From NCBI GenBank assembly GCA_028719205.1, contig JAQUKH010000014.1:1-57949 (forward strand): a DNA stretch of 57,949 nt. Reading direction: 5' to 3'. Position numbers and translations under genes: made by a program. Within the stretch, counting starts at the first letter, position 1; the number at the start of each line of letters is the position of its first letter. Of this stretch, positions 37,956 to 47,652 are shown in pieces. The DNA comes from a bacterium. Its GTDB lineage: Bacteria; JACRDZ01; JAQUKH01. The notes beneath the pieces are model-generated. The model ran no database searches and was not told where the DNA came from. It saw only the letters and a program-made list of their open reading frames with translations.

Positions 37956-38972
37956 TTAGAAATTTTTGTAATATTCTTTAATAGCTTTAGTAACTCCATT
38001 TATATCGTGATCGAGTGGATTAAAAGTCTTTTCTGGTATCCACCTTTTAAGTTCATCAAAATTGAATATAGTTTTCCAATTCCCCCCGATAAGCGAACTT
38101 CTTAATAAGTTTATATAACTAATAACTTTTTCTGAAGCATCTTTTATTGATTCATCACCATTATTTATTATGAAATGAGAACTTTTGAATGTTTCGCCCA
38201 TTGATGAGTTTACAAATCCACTCCAAGCAGCAGCAATACATTGTGGTGCCTCAATTTGCTTTGAAATATTTTTTAGTTCAAGATAGTATCTAGGGAGTGT
38301 ATATTGTTTTAAAAATTGTTCTGGCACAAGCCGAATAAGATCTTTATTCCATTCAGAAGGAATTTCCGTCAATATACATTCTAAGTCCGCTTGCAAACAG
38401 TTTTGATATCTTTCAGCTTCAAGAATTTTGCTTTTATATGTTTTGTCATCAATTAGAATTGGCAATCCAGTAAATGTAAATGGGGTACTGCAGCAGAGAA
38501 GATGTCTATTGTTTCTTGAAAGAACACGAATGGATGCTACACCACTTTTGAATTTATATTCAGTATCAAAAAGCATTTTTGCTTCCACTTCACCATCTTC
38601 ATCTTCAACATATCTATCTAGTCGTTTGCTTTCTTTGTCAAGAGATTTTATTGCTTTTGAAAATATTTGTCCCGGAAGGACTGGAATCCATCTCGATAAT
38701 ATAGCATTATTAACACAAACAACATCCCCAGGATAAATCTTTTTAATATTGTCTGCTATCTTCCAGCCTTTCCAATAATTATCGCTTAGATAAAAATCTT
38801 TACCAAGTATACCTTTCCAAATATTGGCACTATCAATAGGATTAATAAAGTCAAATTCATGGAAATAACCCTTTCGTTTTTTCTCAGCCTTTTCTATCTC
38901 CCAATTAAAATAGTTTCTAATTTTTGAAACGATGTCAATGACTGTTGGTATATTCCAAATAAAATCTAACAT
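37956..38972 (-). CDS. Hypothetical protein
   Basis: 338-aa open frame, co-oriented, 54 nt upstream of the kinase; no motif recognised. Confidence 0.75.
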   Translation of the reverse strand: MLDFIWNIPTVIDIVSKIRNYFNWEIEKAEKKRKGYFHEFDFINPIDSANIWKGILGKDFYLSDNYWKGWKIADNIKKIYPGDVVCVNNAILSRWIPVLPGQIFSKAIKSLDKESKRLDRYVEDEDGEVEAKMLFDTEYKFKSGVASIRVLSRNNRHLLCCSTPFTFTGLPILIDDKTYKSKILEAERYQNCLQADLECILTEIPSEWNKDLIRLVPEQFLKQYTLPRYYLELKNISKQIEAPQCIAAAWSGFVNSSMGETFKSSHFIINNGDESIKDASEKVISYINLLRSSLIGGNWKTIFNFDELKRWIPEKTFNPLDHDINGVTKAIKEYYKNF

Positions 38973-39102
38973 TTCTTTCTATCCGGAAAAGCCGGGAATA
39001 TTATTGAAAACATTTACTTGTCCCTCTAATTTTAAGCAATTATTTAATTTCTATTTTATCCCTTTTCTCCTCATAATTCCATTCATTTTTAAATAATTAA
39101 GA

Positions 39103-39192
39103 GGGCGTATGCCACCCGCCTGCCGGACGGGCAGGTACGCCCCTACGAATTAAATACGGACAAAAAAGGGCGAGTTTAGAACTCGCCCCTAC
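39103..39192 (-). repeat. Two REPs at right edge of island, the first with a 21-nt insert
   Basis: GGGCGTATGCCA[CCCGCCTGCCGGACGGGCAGG]TACGCCCCTAC and GGGCGAGTTTAGAACTCGCCCCTAC. Confidence 0.85.
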
Positions 39193-39292
39193 AAAAACAA
39201 TAATTATCCAATTCCTTATAAAATTAAACTACCGCCCCCATCCTTATAATTCAAAACGCTCGCCAGCGTCAGCGGATTCGGGCCTAAAGGCT

Positions 39293-39434
39293 GATTACAC
39301 AGATTTCAATGCTCGATTACACAGATGCCTTACGGCTGATTACACAGATCCACCACGGCGGACAAGTTTAAATGCTCGATTACACAGATGCCTTACGGCT
39401 GATTACACAGATTTCAATACACGATTACACAGAT
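39293..39434. repeat. Array of six GATTACACAGAT 12-mers with short spacers
   Basis: Exact copies at 39293, 39315, 39338, 39378, 39401, 39423. Confidence 0.9.
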
Positions 39435-39474
39435 TTTCAGGAACATTGTCCATTTTGTCTAATATATACCGGCA

Positions 39475-39780
39475 TTATGCTACTTTTAAATTAAGCCCTA
39501 ATGAATTAAGTATATGCATAACTGTTGAAAATTTGGGATCGCCGTCTTTGGATAACGCTCTGTATAAATGCTCTCGGTTTAATCCCGACGTTTTGGAAAG
39601 TTTTGTAAATCCGCCTTTTATTTTGGCAACAACCGCAAGTGAAGCAAGAAAAGCTTTTTCATTGCCGTCTTTTTGGTATTCCTCCAAAGCAACTTCAAGA
39701 TATTGTTTGATCTCTTTGGGATGCCTGGTAAAATATTCTTCTTCAATTTCGTTTAATGTTCTAAATTTTCTTTTGTTCAC
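39475..39780 (-). CDS. Addiction module antidote (HigA-like HTH)
   Basis: YL..ALEE, GG...L...SGLNREHLYRALS.DGDP.F.T. Confidence 0.9.
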   Translation of the reverse strand: MNKRKFRTLNEIEEEYFTRHPKEIKQYLEVALEEYQKDGNEKAFLASLAVVAKIKGGFTKLSKTSGLNREHLYRALSKDGDPKFSTVMHILNSLGLNLKVA

Positions 39781-40084
39781 GGTATTCCTCCCAATATTCC
39801 AATGCCTTTTTTATATCCTTATCCTGTGTACTTTTGTCGCCGCCAACTAATAATAATACCAGATCATTTCCATCCTCACCGCAATATACTCTGTAACCTT
39901 TTCCGAAATCAAAACGCAATTCTAAAATTCCGCTAAATCTTTTATGATCGCCGTAATTACCCTGTTCAACTCTTTTTAGCCTTACAAGAATTCTCTTTTG
40001 GGATACTTTATCTTTTAAAGAATAAAGCCAATCTGTAAAAGGTTCTTCATTGTCTTGTGTTTTATATGAAATTATTGTTTTCAT
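39761..40084 (-). CDS. RelE/HigB-like toxin (addiction module killer)
   Basis: PF.DWL..LKD, RL.R...GN.GD.K, ELR...G.GYRVY, LL.GGDKSTQ.KDI. Confidence 0.92.
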   Translation of the reverse strand: MKTIISYKTQDNEEPFTDWLYSLKDKVSQKRILVRLKRVEQGNYGDHKRFSGILELRFDFGKGYRVYCGEDGNDLVLLLVGGDKSTQDKDIKKALEYWEEYREQKKI

Positions 40085-40088
40085 CAGT

Positions 40089-40117
40089 ATTGTAGCTTAT
40101 AACCTACATTTTGTCAA
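40089..40117 (-). promoter_or_regulatory. TA promoter with palindromic operator, probably leaderless
   Basis: TTGACA-17 nt-TACAAT, 4 nt before the ATG; TGTAG..TTATAA..CTACA palindrome overlaps it. Confidence 0.75.
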
Positions 40118-40263
40118 GAGGAATAATCTTATCATTAAAATAATTCAACTAATCATTTGAGTTATTATTTTACCACTAAAACTCAATAATATTTTAATTT
40201 TTTTAATAATGTATGGGCAGGCAGGTTTCCCGTTCAAATCCTGAAATTGGAATTATATAATTC

Positions 40264-40545
40264 TTAATGATTTAATGATTCTTGAGAAAGATACTCTCTC
40301 AACATAGACTTAAGAGTGGTTTTACCTTTTGTGCTTTTAAGATATTTTTCTCTTCGCAAAGCATCGTATTTATTTCTGTAAGATTCATAAAATATTAATT
40401 TTAAAGGTAATCTTGGAGCCGTGGCAGGGACTTGTCCCTTTTGATGACGCAGAAATCTGGATTTTAAATCATCGGTAAAACCGATATAAAGATTTTTATC
40501 TTTTAAGCTCTGCAAAATATATACGTAATAAAATACATCACTCAT
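40264..40545 (-). CDS. Small GIY-YIG nuclease
   Basis: YYVYILQS....LYIG.T.DL..R...H..G, E.Y....A..RE.YLKS. Confidence 0.92.
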   Translation of the reverse strand: MSDVFYYVYILQSLKDKNLYIGFTDDLKSRFLRHQKGQVPATAPRLPLKLIFYESYRNKYDALRREKYLKSTKGKTTLKSMLREYLSQESLNH

Positions 40546-40722
40546 CGTTTAATTAAATTATTTTTTGATCCATCTATAGAAGAAGGATAGTTCAAATACA
40601 TTTTCGAATTATATACCTTTTAGATGGCTATGTCCAGAACCGTATGGTTCAAGAAGGAGCCCTGTACCATCTATAAATATCATATACAGATAAGATGGCG
40701 GAGCCCTGTACCGTACGGTACA

Positions 40723-40748
40723 GGGCGGAGAGATAGGGAGTTGAACTC
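40723..40748 (-). repeat. Imperfect copy of tRNA-Ser 3' end
   Basis: GAGTTCAACTCCCTATCTCTCCGCC versus GGGTTCAAATCCCTCTCTCTCCGCC in the tRNA. Confidence 0.7.
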
Positions 40749-40879
40749 GCTACGCTCTCCATAGGGGCTCAGCCCCTCTGGCGTTACGTCCCGATAAATC
40801 GGGACTCCACTGTCACCCCTTGAAGGAAACTCCCGTTTCCTCCAAACCTCTTTCCCGTTAAAATCCCTCTCTCCCAAAT

Positions 40880-40916
40880 AAAAAAGCCTCAAATGGTTTT
40901 TAACCACTTGAGGCTT
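40880..40916 (-). terminator. Rho-independent terminator after tRNA-Ser
   Basis: AAGCCTCAA...TTGAGGCTT stem followed by T-run on minus strand. Confidence 0.75.
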
Positions 40917-40920
40917 ATAC

Positions 40921-41010
40921 TGGCGGAGAGAGAGGGATTTGAACCCCCGGTGGACTTTCATCCACGCTAGTTTTCAAGACTAGAGCCATCAACCGCTCGG
41001 CCATCTCTCC
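40921..41010 (-). tRNA. tRNA-Ser(UGA)
   Basis: GGAGAGA stem, CTAGT-CTTGAAA-ACTAG anticodon arm, long variable arm, GCCA end, 90 nt. Confidence 0.95.
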
Positions 41011-41019
41011 GGAGAAATA

Positions 41020-41140
41020 AGTCACAAAGTCACAAGTTACAATGTCACAAGTAACATAAATAAGGGCACAAGTCACAACGTCACAATGTCACAAGCAACA
41101 ATCAAAAAAAGTCACAAGTTTCAACGTCACAAGTGACATA
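41020..41140. repeat. GTCACAA heptamer array
   Basis: About ten (G/T)CACAA units. Confidence 0.85.
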
Positions 41141-41150
41141 CAAAAACAGG

Positions 41151-41561
41151 TTACAGGCTTTTATGGAAATTCCATAAAAGTTTTCCGACTTCCTGACGTA
41201 AGGCTTGCAACATTCTATTTGTTTTTTCGTCCAAATATCCCAACTTTAAAGAAAAATCTAATAGGTACTCAGTTTCCGCAAGAGAACCTAATGCTATATT
41301 TACAAACTGCTTTAACTCTTTCCTGCCTTGTCGGCCGGATCCTTCAACAATATTAGTTGGAACTGATAATGCGGCTCTTCGCAATTGTGAAGTAATCCCG
41401 TAAATTTCTTCCTTTGGAAATCTTTTTGTTTCTATATATACCTTAAATGCTAATTCGTCCGCCTTGTTCCAAACCAGCAAATTTTTATAACCATATTTTA
41501 CTACTTCTTTTTCTTGTTGTTGACCTTGTAACCTTGCTGTTTGTAACATTTCGATTTTCAC
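41151..41561 (-). CDS. Four helix bundle protein (23S rRNA IVS protein family); start uncertain
   Basis: YKNL.VW.KA, FPKEE.YG.TSQLRRAA.SVP.NI.EG, IA.GSL.E. Confidence 0.93.
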   Translation of the reverse strand: MKIEMLQTARLQGQQQEKEVVKYGYKNLLVWNKADELAFKVYIETKRFPKEEIYGITSQLRRAALSVPTNIVEGSGRQGRKELKQFVNIALGSLAETEYLLDFSLKLGYLDEKTNRMLQALRQEVGKLLWNFHKSL

Positions 41562-41665
41562 AACTTATTTCGTTCTTCACTCTTTACCGGTGACGTTGTG
41601 ACCTTGCAACTTTCAACTTTTCTTGCTGGTGACTTTGTGACCTTAAAACTTGTGACTTTGTGCCC
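41520..41665. repeat. TTGTGAC heptamer array, inverted relative to 41020-41140
   Basis: TTGACCTTGTAACCTTG, GGTGACGTTGTGACCTTGCAAC, TTGTGACC..TTGTGACTTTGTG. Confidence 0.75.
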
Positions 41666-42017
41666 TTGCCAAATAATTAAAAGCAAAAAAATAATTCTGC
41701 CATAAGCGGTCAGAAGAACCGTATTCATTATTACAGGCAAAGTAATCGGCTAAGACTTCATTAAGCCGGGTTAATTCCCTGAGCCTGTTTTTATTTCTAC
41801 CATCGGAAATAGTTAAACTTAAGAGTTCTAAAGCGCGTTCAAAAGCCAGCCTGCTATATTCAGGATTATTTTTGTTTTTCCAGTTAATAGCCCTGAATAC
41901 TTCACTCCCGATATTTGCCATTTGTGATGGGAATGAAAGTTTAAACCATTTACCGTTTGCCAATTCCTTGTGCTGATAATTTCTATTAATCGTGATTTTG
42001 TCTTTTATAATTCTCAT
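41643..42017 (-). CDS. Small helical hypothetical protein
   Basis: QHKELA.G.W, QMANIGSEV.RA, ERALELL, E..R..E...D.F; ATG 42017 preferred. Confidence 0.75.
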   Translation of the reverse strand: MRIIKDKITINRNYQHKELANGKWFKLSFPSQMANIGSEVFRAINWKNKNNPEYSRLAFERALELLSLTISDGRNKNRLRELTRLNEVLADYFACNNEYGSSDRLWQNYFFAFNYLARAQSHKF

Positions 42018-42121
42018 TTTTTTCTCTTTGCCTGTGACTCCCGCCGCGGCGGGCAAGTGTGACTTTGCAACTTCAACTTTTCTTGCTGGTGACGTGGTGA
42101 CTTTGTGACTTGTGACCTATC

Positions 42122-43414
<1,293 letters not shown>

Positions 43415-43488
43415 TCACCACGTCACAAGTAATATAAATAGATTTTGTAACCAAAAATATTTCAAACTTAAAGCAGATATTATATCAA

Positions 43489-44916
43489 TTATCTTGGCAT
43501 AATCCAACTTGAATTTATTTTTAATTTATTAAAATCGGTTTCGAGGTCCAAAAGCTTTGGCTCGTAATAAATTGTATACGGCAAAAACCCGAGGAAAATG
43601 AACGGTTTTTCATCAAGCATTATATTCTCGATCTCCTCGTAAGATTTAACCGCCTCATTTTTATCAACTGACTGCTCGGCAAGATGTAAAAAATTGGTTA
43701 TTTTTTCACTGCTGTAATACGTGTATGGTAAAAATTGATTAAATAAATACGCGTAGAAATTCTTCGGCTCTTTGTTCTCGATCGTAAACGCGGATAAGAA
43801 CAATCCCGGTTTATTCTCTGAAAGGGCCTGAAGGAAACTCTCTTTCGGTTTCAGCTCCATCTGGATATTAAATCCAGCCGCCGCCAATTCATTCCGGATT
43901 TCAGAGCCTATTTTCTCCAGTTCCGGTGAACCATCCGGAACATAAAGTGTTACCAGTTCATTTTTAACAGTGGAATATTCTTCGTGGTTCAAAATTGCCT
44001 TTGCCTCTTCCTGATTTAATATAAGGTCTTTTTTTGATAATTCCAATATATCAGGAGCGATCCCCCTGTTGGATATCTCAAACGAAGCAGAAACCGTATC
44101 CATAATTTTTTGCCTGTCAATAGATAATCCTGCCGCCTCTCTTAAATATGGTTTTTCAAACAGCTTGTTTTGATGATTAATACCCAGGAAAACCGTTGTT
44201 AACCTGTTTAGAACCAATGATTCGCTCGATTTGGTATTTTCTTCGGGAAAAATACTGAACCGTATATCATTCAAATACGGCCTGCCTTCAAAATACTCTT
44301 CATTCGCTTCCAATATTATTTCTTTTTCATCACTGCTTACAAACCTGAACGGCCCGCTTCCGACAGGCGCGTCCCAAAACTCATCCCCGGCCTCATTCAG
44401 GTTTTCAACCGGTAAAATGGACGCCGCGCAAAGCGAAAGATCCTGAAAGAAAGAATTATCAAGATATCTTAAATTTATTTCCAGAATGTTCTGGTCCAAA
44501 ACCCTGATACCCGCTATTTCACCGGCGGAACCCGAACGGTATTCATCCACACCCTGAACAGCGTTAAAGATATAACTGTAGGGCGAATTAGTTTTCGGGT
44601 TTGCCGCTCTTTCAAAACTGTATTTAACATCGTACGCGGTCAATATCCTGGAATTCTGGAATTGTATTCCCGGAAGAATATTAAACACCCACGACAAGCC
44701 GTCCTTAAGGCTGTTATAGGATTTAGCAACTTCAGGCAGTGTGTTATAGATTTTAGAACATACCTCTTTTTCATACGGGCTTACCGCCTTCGCCGGATCC
44801 AGACTTTGAGGCATCGACCCAACCCCTATTTTCAAAGTCCCGCCGTATCTGGGCAGGGAGGCGGCGCTGGCAGAACAAGTAAGTATTAAAAACAACATAA
44901 AAACTTTCTTCAACAT
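43489..44916 (-). CDS. ABC transporter substrate-binding protein, family 5
   Basis: YGGTL, SLDPA, LTAYDVKYSFER, PVGSGPF, YFEGRPYL. Confidence 0.88.
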   Translation of the reverse strand: MLKKVFMLFLILTCSASAASLPRYGGTLKIGVGSMPQSLDPAKAVSPYEKEVCSKIYNTLPEVAKSYNSLKDGLSWVFNILPGIQFQNSRILTAYDVKYSFERAANPKTNSPYSYIFNAVQGVDEYRSGSAGEIAGIRVLDQNILEINLRYLDNSFFQDLSLCAASILPVENLNEAGDEFWDAPVGSGPFRFVSSDEKEIILEANEEYFEGRPYLNDIRFSIFPEENTKSSESLVLNRLTTVFLGINHQNKLFEKPYLREAAGLSIDRQKIMDTVSASFEISNRGIAPDILELSKKDLILNQEEAKAILNHEEYSTVKNELVTLYVPDGSPELEKIGSEIRNELAAAGFNIQMELKPKESFLQALSENKPGLFLSAFTIENKEPKNFYAYLFNQFLPYTYYSSEKITNFLHLAEQSVDKNEAVKSYEEIENIMLDEKPFIFLGFLPYTIYYEPKLLDLETDFNKLKINSSWIMPR

Positions 44917-44947
44917 ATTTTCTCCAAAAAGGCCACTAGGCTTAAAA

Positions 44948-45132
44948 AGTCGCAAAGTCACCAGTCACAACGTCACCAGCAAATACAAAGAGGTCGCAAT
45001 GTCACCAGTTTTAAGAAGTCGCAAAGTCACAATGGTTGCAACGTCACCAGTATTAATTCTTACTTGTGACTTTGACACTTGTCACCTACGACTTATTGTG
45101 CTTGTGACTTGTGACTTTGAAACTTGTGACCT
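44948..45132. repeat. Head-to-head GTCAC/TTGTGAC arrays with no gene between
   Basis: GTCGCAAAGTCACCAGTCACAACGTCACC... then CTTGTGACTTTGACACTTGTCAC...TTGTGACTTGTGAC. Confidence 0.8.
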
Positions 45133-45135
45133 TTT

Positions 45136-46572
45136 TTACTTTATTCCATACACCTGTATATAGTTCTTCTCACCCTTCCGGGTTATCGCCACAAACTCCA
45201 TACGTTTATTATTATCAATATCGCCCGGATGAAATTTTAAAATACTGCCCTCTATCTTCGGGCTTTTCCATAAAAGGACCGGCCCGATCTCGTTCCATTC
45301 AAGGATATATATATAGTCAAAAGATTCTTTTGTTACAGGCTCGTTGCTGGTCATGACTAATTCAGGCCTGCCGCTGTCGTCAAAATCGATTGACTCAAAA
45401 TAATTGCCGAACATATCCCCGCTCTGCCAGATCTTTTTCTTGTCTATATCAAATACTGTCAGGCTTCCGTTATTATCCAGAACGCACCATTTTTTTTCTT
45501 TAGATCTGTCAGGCGCTATCATCGCTAAAGAATAAAAATCCACCGGCAAATATATATCCGAAAACTGTAATTCACCCATTGAATCCGCCTGCAGATATTT
45601 TACCGCTTCGCCGCTGTAATAATTTCTACCGCCTAAAAAAGAACTCAGCAGCAGGAATGCGTAAGGTTTTTCACCTGTCCCGGCCACGATCTTATCATTA
45701 AGATCAGCTATCTTCTGAAATTTGCCTTCATTCCATTCAAAAACCTCTCCTCCATCGTCCTGGAACGAAGATAACGCTATTTCTTTTTTACCATTGTGAT
45801 TAAGGTCGGTTATAAAAATATGCCCTATTTTTTCCCTTGACCTTATTTTTATATCAGTATTTACTGAATATGGAAAAGACATGATCTCCTCAAAAGCCGC
45901 ATCCAGATGGAAGATCCTTATATAAGACGGTGTCAGAGCGATAAAATCGTTTATTCCGTCATTATCAATATCGCTGATCTCAAAATCAAGGATATCATAA
46001 GGGAAATGCACCTCTCTTTTCAGGGATAAATAATCTTCCGGCAGATTGAACCTCGGCATTTCGACCGCTGTCTGCAAAAGATAGGAGATCTTATCATCTT
46101 TTTTTATCTCTTTTTCCAGAATCGCGGATATATCTCCTGTTACCCCGTTAAATACCTGAAAATTAATATAAATATTTTCGCCCAGATCCATGATCCTGCC
46201 CGTGACTACAATTTCTGATCCTAAATTTTTGGCGACCTCTTTCGCGAATTCCGCGTTTATGAACCCGTTATACCTGTTAATTCCCAACTTGTTTTTAACC
46301 TCGATCAATTCCTTTTCATCCGGAAATATAAATTTACCTTCTCTTAATTTAGAAGCGAACATGTTCGACAGGGTACCCGAAAACACATCCATCCGGTTGG
46401 GATTAGCAGGCACCAATCCCAGAAAAACAACCTTGTTGCTTTTTATCTTTGATAACACCTCTTTAACAAGGCTGTCAGATAACTCCTGAAACTTTATTTC
46501 ATCCGCCGGTAATAAAGGGGTTAAACTAAAAAATAATATAATTAATAATGTTTTCGTTAAATTTTTCATCAT
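45136..46572 (-). CDS. Secreted protein, FlgO/CsgG-like N-domain plus FG-GAP/VCBS repeats
   Basis: Signal peptide; A.EVA..LG...VVTG; DIDNDG.ND, DLNHNGKKEI, DFDDSG.PEL, GDIDNN. Confidence 0.72.
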   Translation of the reverse strand: MMKNLTKTLLIILFFSLTPLLPADEIKFQELSDSLVKEVLSKIKSNKVVFLGLVPANPNRMDVFSGTLSNMFASKLREGKFIFPDEKELIEVKNKLGINRYNGFINAEFAKEVAKNLGSEIVVTGRIMDLGENIYINFQVFNGVTGDISAILEKEIKKDDKISYLLQTAVEMPRFNLPEDYLSLKREVHFPYDILDFEISDIDNDGINDFIALTPSYIRIFHLDAAFEEIMSFPYSVNTDIKIRSREKIGHIFITDLNHNGKKEIALSSFQDDGGEVFEWNEGKFQKIADLNDKIVAGTGEKPYAFLLLSSFLGGRNYYSGEAVKYLQADSMGELQFSDIYLPVDFYSLAMIAPDRSKEKKWCVLDNNGSLTVFDIDKKKIWQSGDMFGNYFESIDFDDSGRPELVMTSNEPVTKESFDYIYILEWNEIGPVLLWKSPKIEGSILKFHPGDIDNNKRMEFVAITRKGEKNYIQVYGIK

Positions 46573-47360
46573 TTTTTTAAAACCAATTCTTTATACAAAT
46601 TATAAAAATCACCGGCCGAGAGATCTTCAGCCCGCAAATTAGTATCCAAATTTAATGAACCGAATACCTTTTCAACGTCCTCTTTTTCTTTTTCCAGATG
46701 CCCCGCTATAACCTTCGCGGCTTTTTTTCTCCTGAACTGGAACGATTTCCTGACAAAAGAAAAAAACGTTTCTTCATCATCCATAGCGATCAGCGGTTTT
46801 TCCCTGACCGATAATTTCACGATCGCGGATTCTACCTTTGGCGGCGGTTTAAACTTTTCCCTTCCGACAAAACCGACTATCTCAACATCCGTATAAAACT
46901 GCGTAAAAATGCTTAAGGAACCGTAATCTTTGGTCCCCGGTTTCGCGCCTAATCTTTCAGCCACTTCCCTTTGTATTAAAAATACGATATGGGTAAAATA
47001 TCTAATATTTTCAAGTAACTTAACTACCAGAGGGCTTGTAAGGTAATAAGGGATATTCCCTATAACTATCGCCTTTTCAAATCCATTTTTCTTTATCAAA
47101 GACGGAAGATCCAGTTCCAGGATATTTCCGGATATTATCTCTAAATTATCATGTTTTGTAAACGAAAGAACCCTGACCAGGTCTTCATCAAGCTCGACAC
47201 ATAAAACCTTTTTAGCCCGTGTTATCAGATGTTTTGTAAGCTGTCCCTTGCCCCCTCCGACTTCGATCACAAGATCATTTTTAGTTATCTCTGCCGCTTG
47301 CGCGATCTCTTCAAGCACGCTTTCATCACGTAAAAAATGCTGGCCCATCGGACTGCCCAT
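46569..47360 (-). CDS. rsmA: 16S rRNA dimethyladenosine transferase
   Basis: GQHFL, IEVGGGKG, VELD, GNIPYY, QREVAER, F.PPPKVES; track's N-terminal extension is repeat-derived. Confidence 0.95.
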   Translation of the reverse strand: MGSPMGQHFLRDESVLEEIAQAAEITKNDLVIEVGGGKGQLTKHLITRAKKVLCVELDEDLVRVLSFTKHDNLEIISGNILELDLPSLIKKNGFEKAIVIGNIPYYLTSPLVVKLLENIRYFTHIVFLIQREVAERLGAKPGTKDYGSLSIFTQFYTDVEIVGFVGREKFKPPPKVESAIVKLSVREKPLIAMDDEETFFSFVRKSFQFRRKKAAKVIAGHLEKEKEDVEKVFGSLNLDTNLRAEDLSAGDFYNLYKELVLKK

Positions 47361-47384
47361 TAATTTTTGCCTCCGGCGGCAAAA

Positions 47385-47652
47385 AGCATGGCGCATAGAG
47401 CATGGAGCATGGGGGGAAAAGCATAGAGCATGGAGCATAGAGCATGGCGTTTAGGTTTATATGTTAAACCATACGCCATGCTCCATGCACTATGCGCGTT
47501 ACCTTTGTCTCTTGCTATTTGCACCATATTTTTATTCTTTACTTTTAACTCTTTGCGCAATGCGCTTGCTTTTCTCTCTTTACTCCATGCGCCATGCCCT
47601 ATGCTCCATGCGCTTTTCTCTTATCTTCACCCTATGCTCTATGCGCCATGCT
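47385..47652. repeat. GCATAGA/GCATGGA and inverted CTATGCT/CCATGCT heptamer arrays
   Basis: GCATAGAGCATGGAGCATAGAGCATGG versus CTCCATGCGCCATGCCCTATGCTCCATGC. Confidence 0.85.

Noticed and set aside
39293-39434. CRISPR array
   Set aside because: Repeats only 12 nt, spacers 10-28 nt and partly repeated, no cas genes
40723-40945. attL/attR pair delimiting the island
   Set aside because: The tRNA-end copy is only about 200 bp from the tRNA; none found at the far side and no integrase
40680-40961. 93-aa ORF
   Set aside because: Overlaps tRNA-Ser, its terminator and palindromes
41151-41561. Diversity-generating retroelement (Avd)
   Set aside because: No reverse transcriptase and no TR/VR pair with adenine-specific differences; the 175-bp repeat differs at various bases
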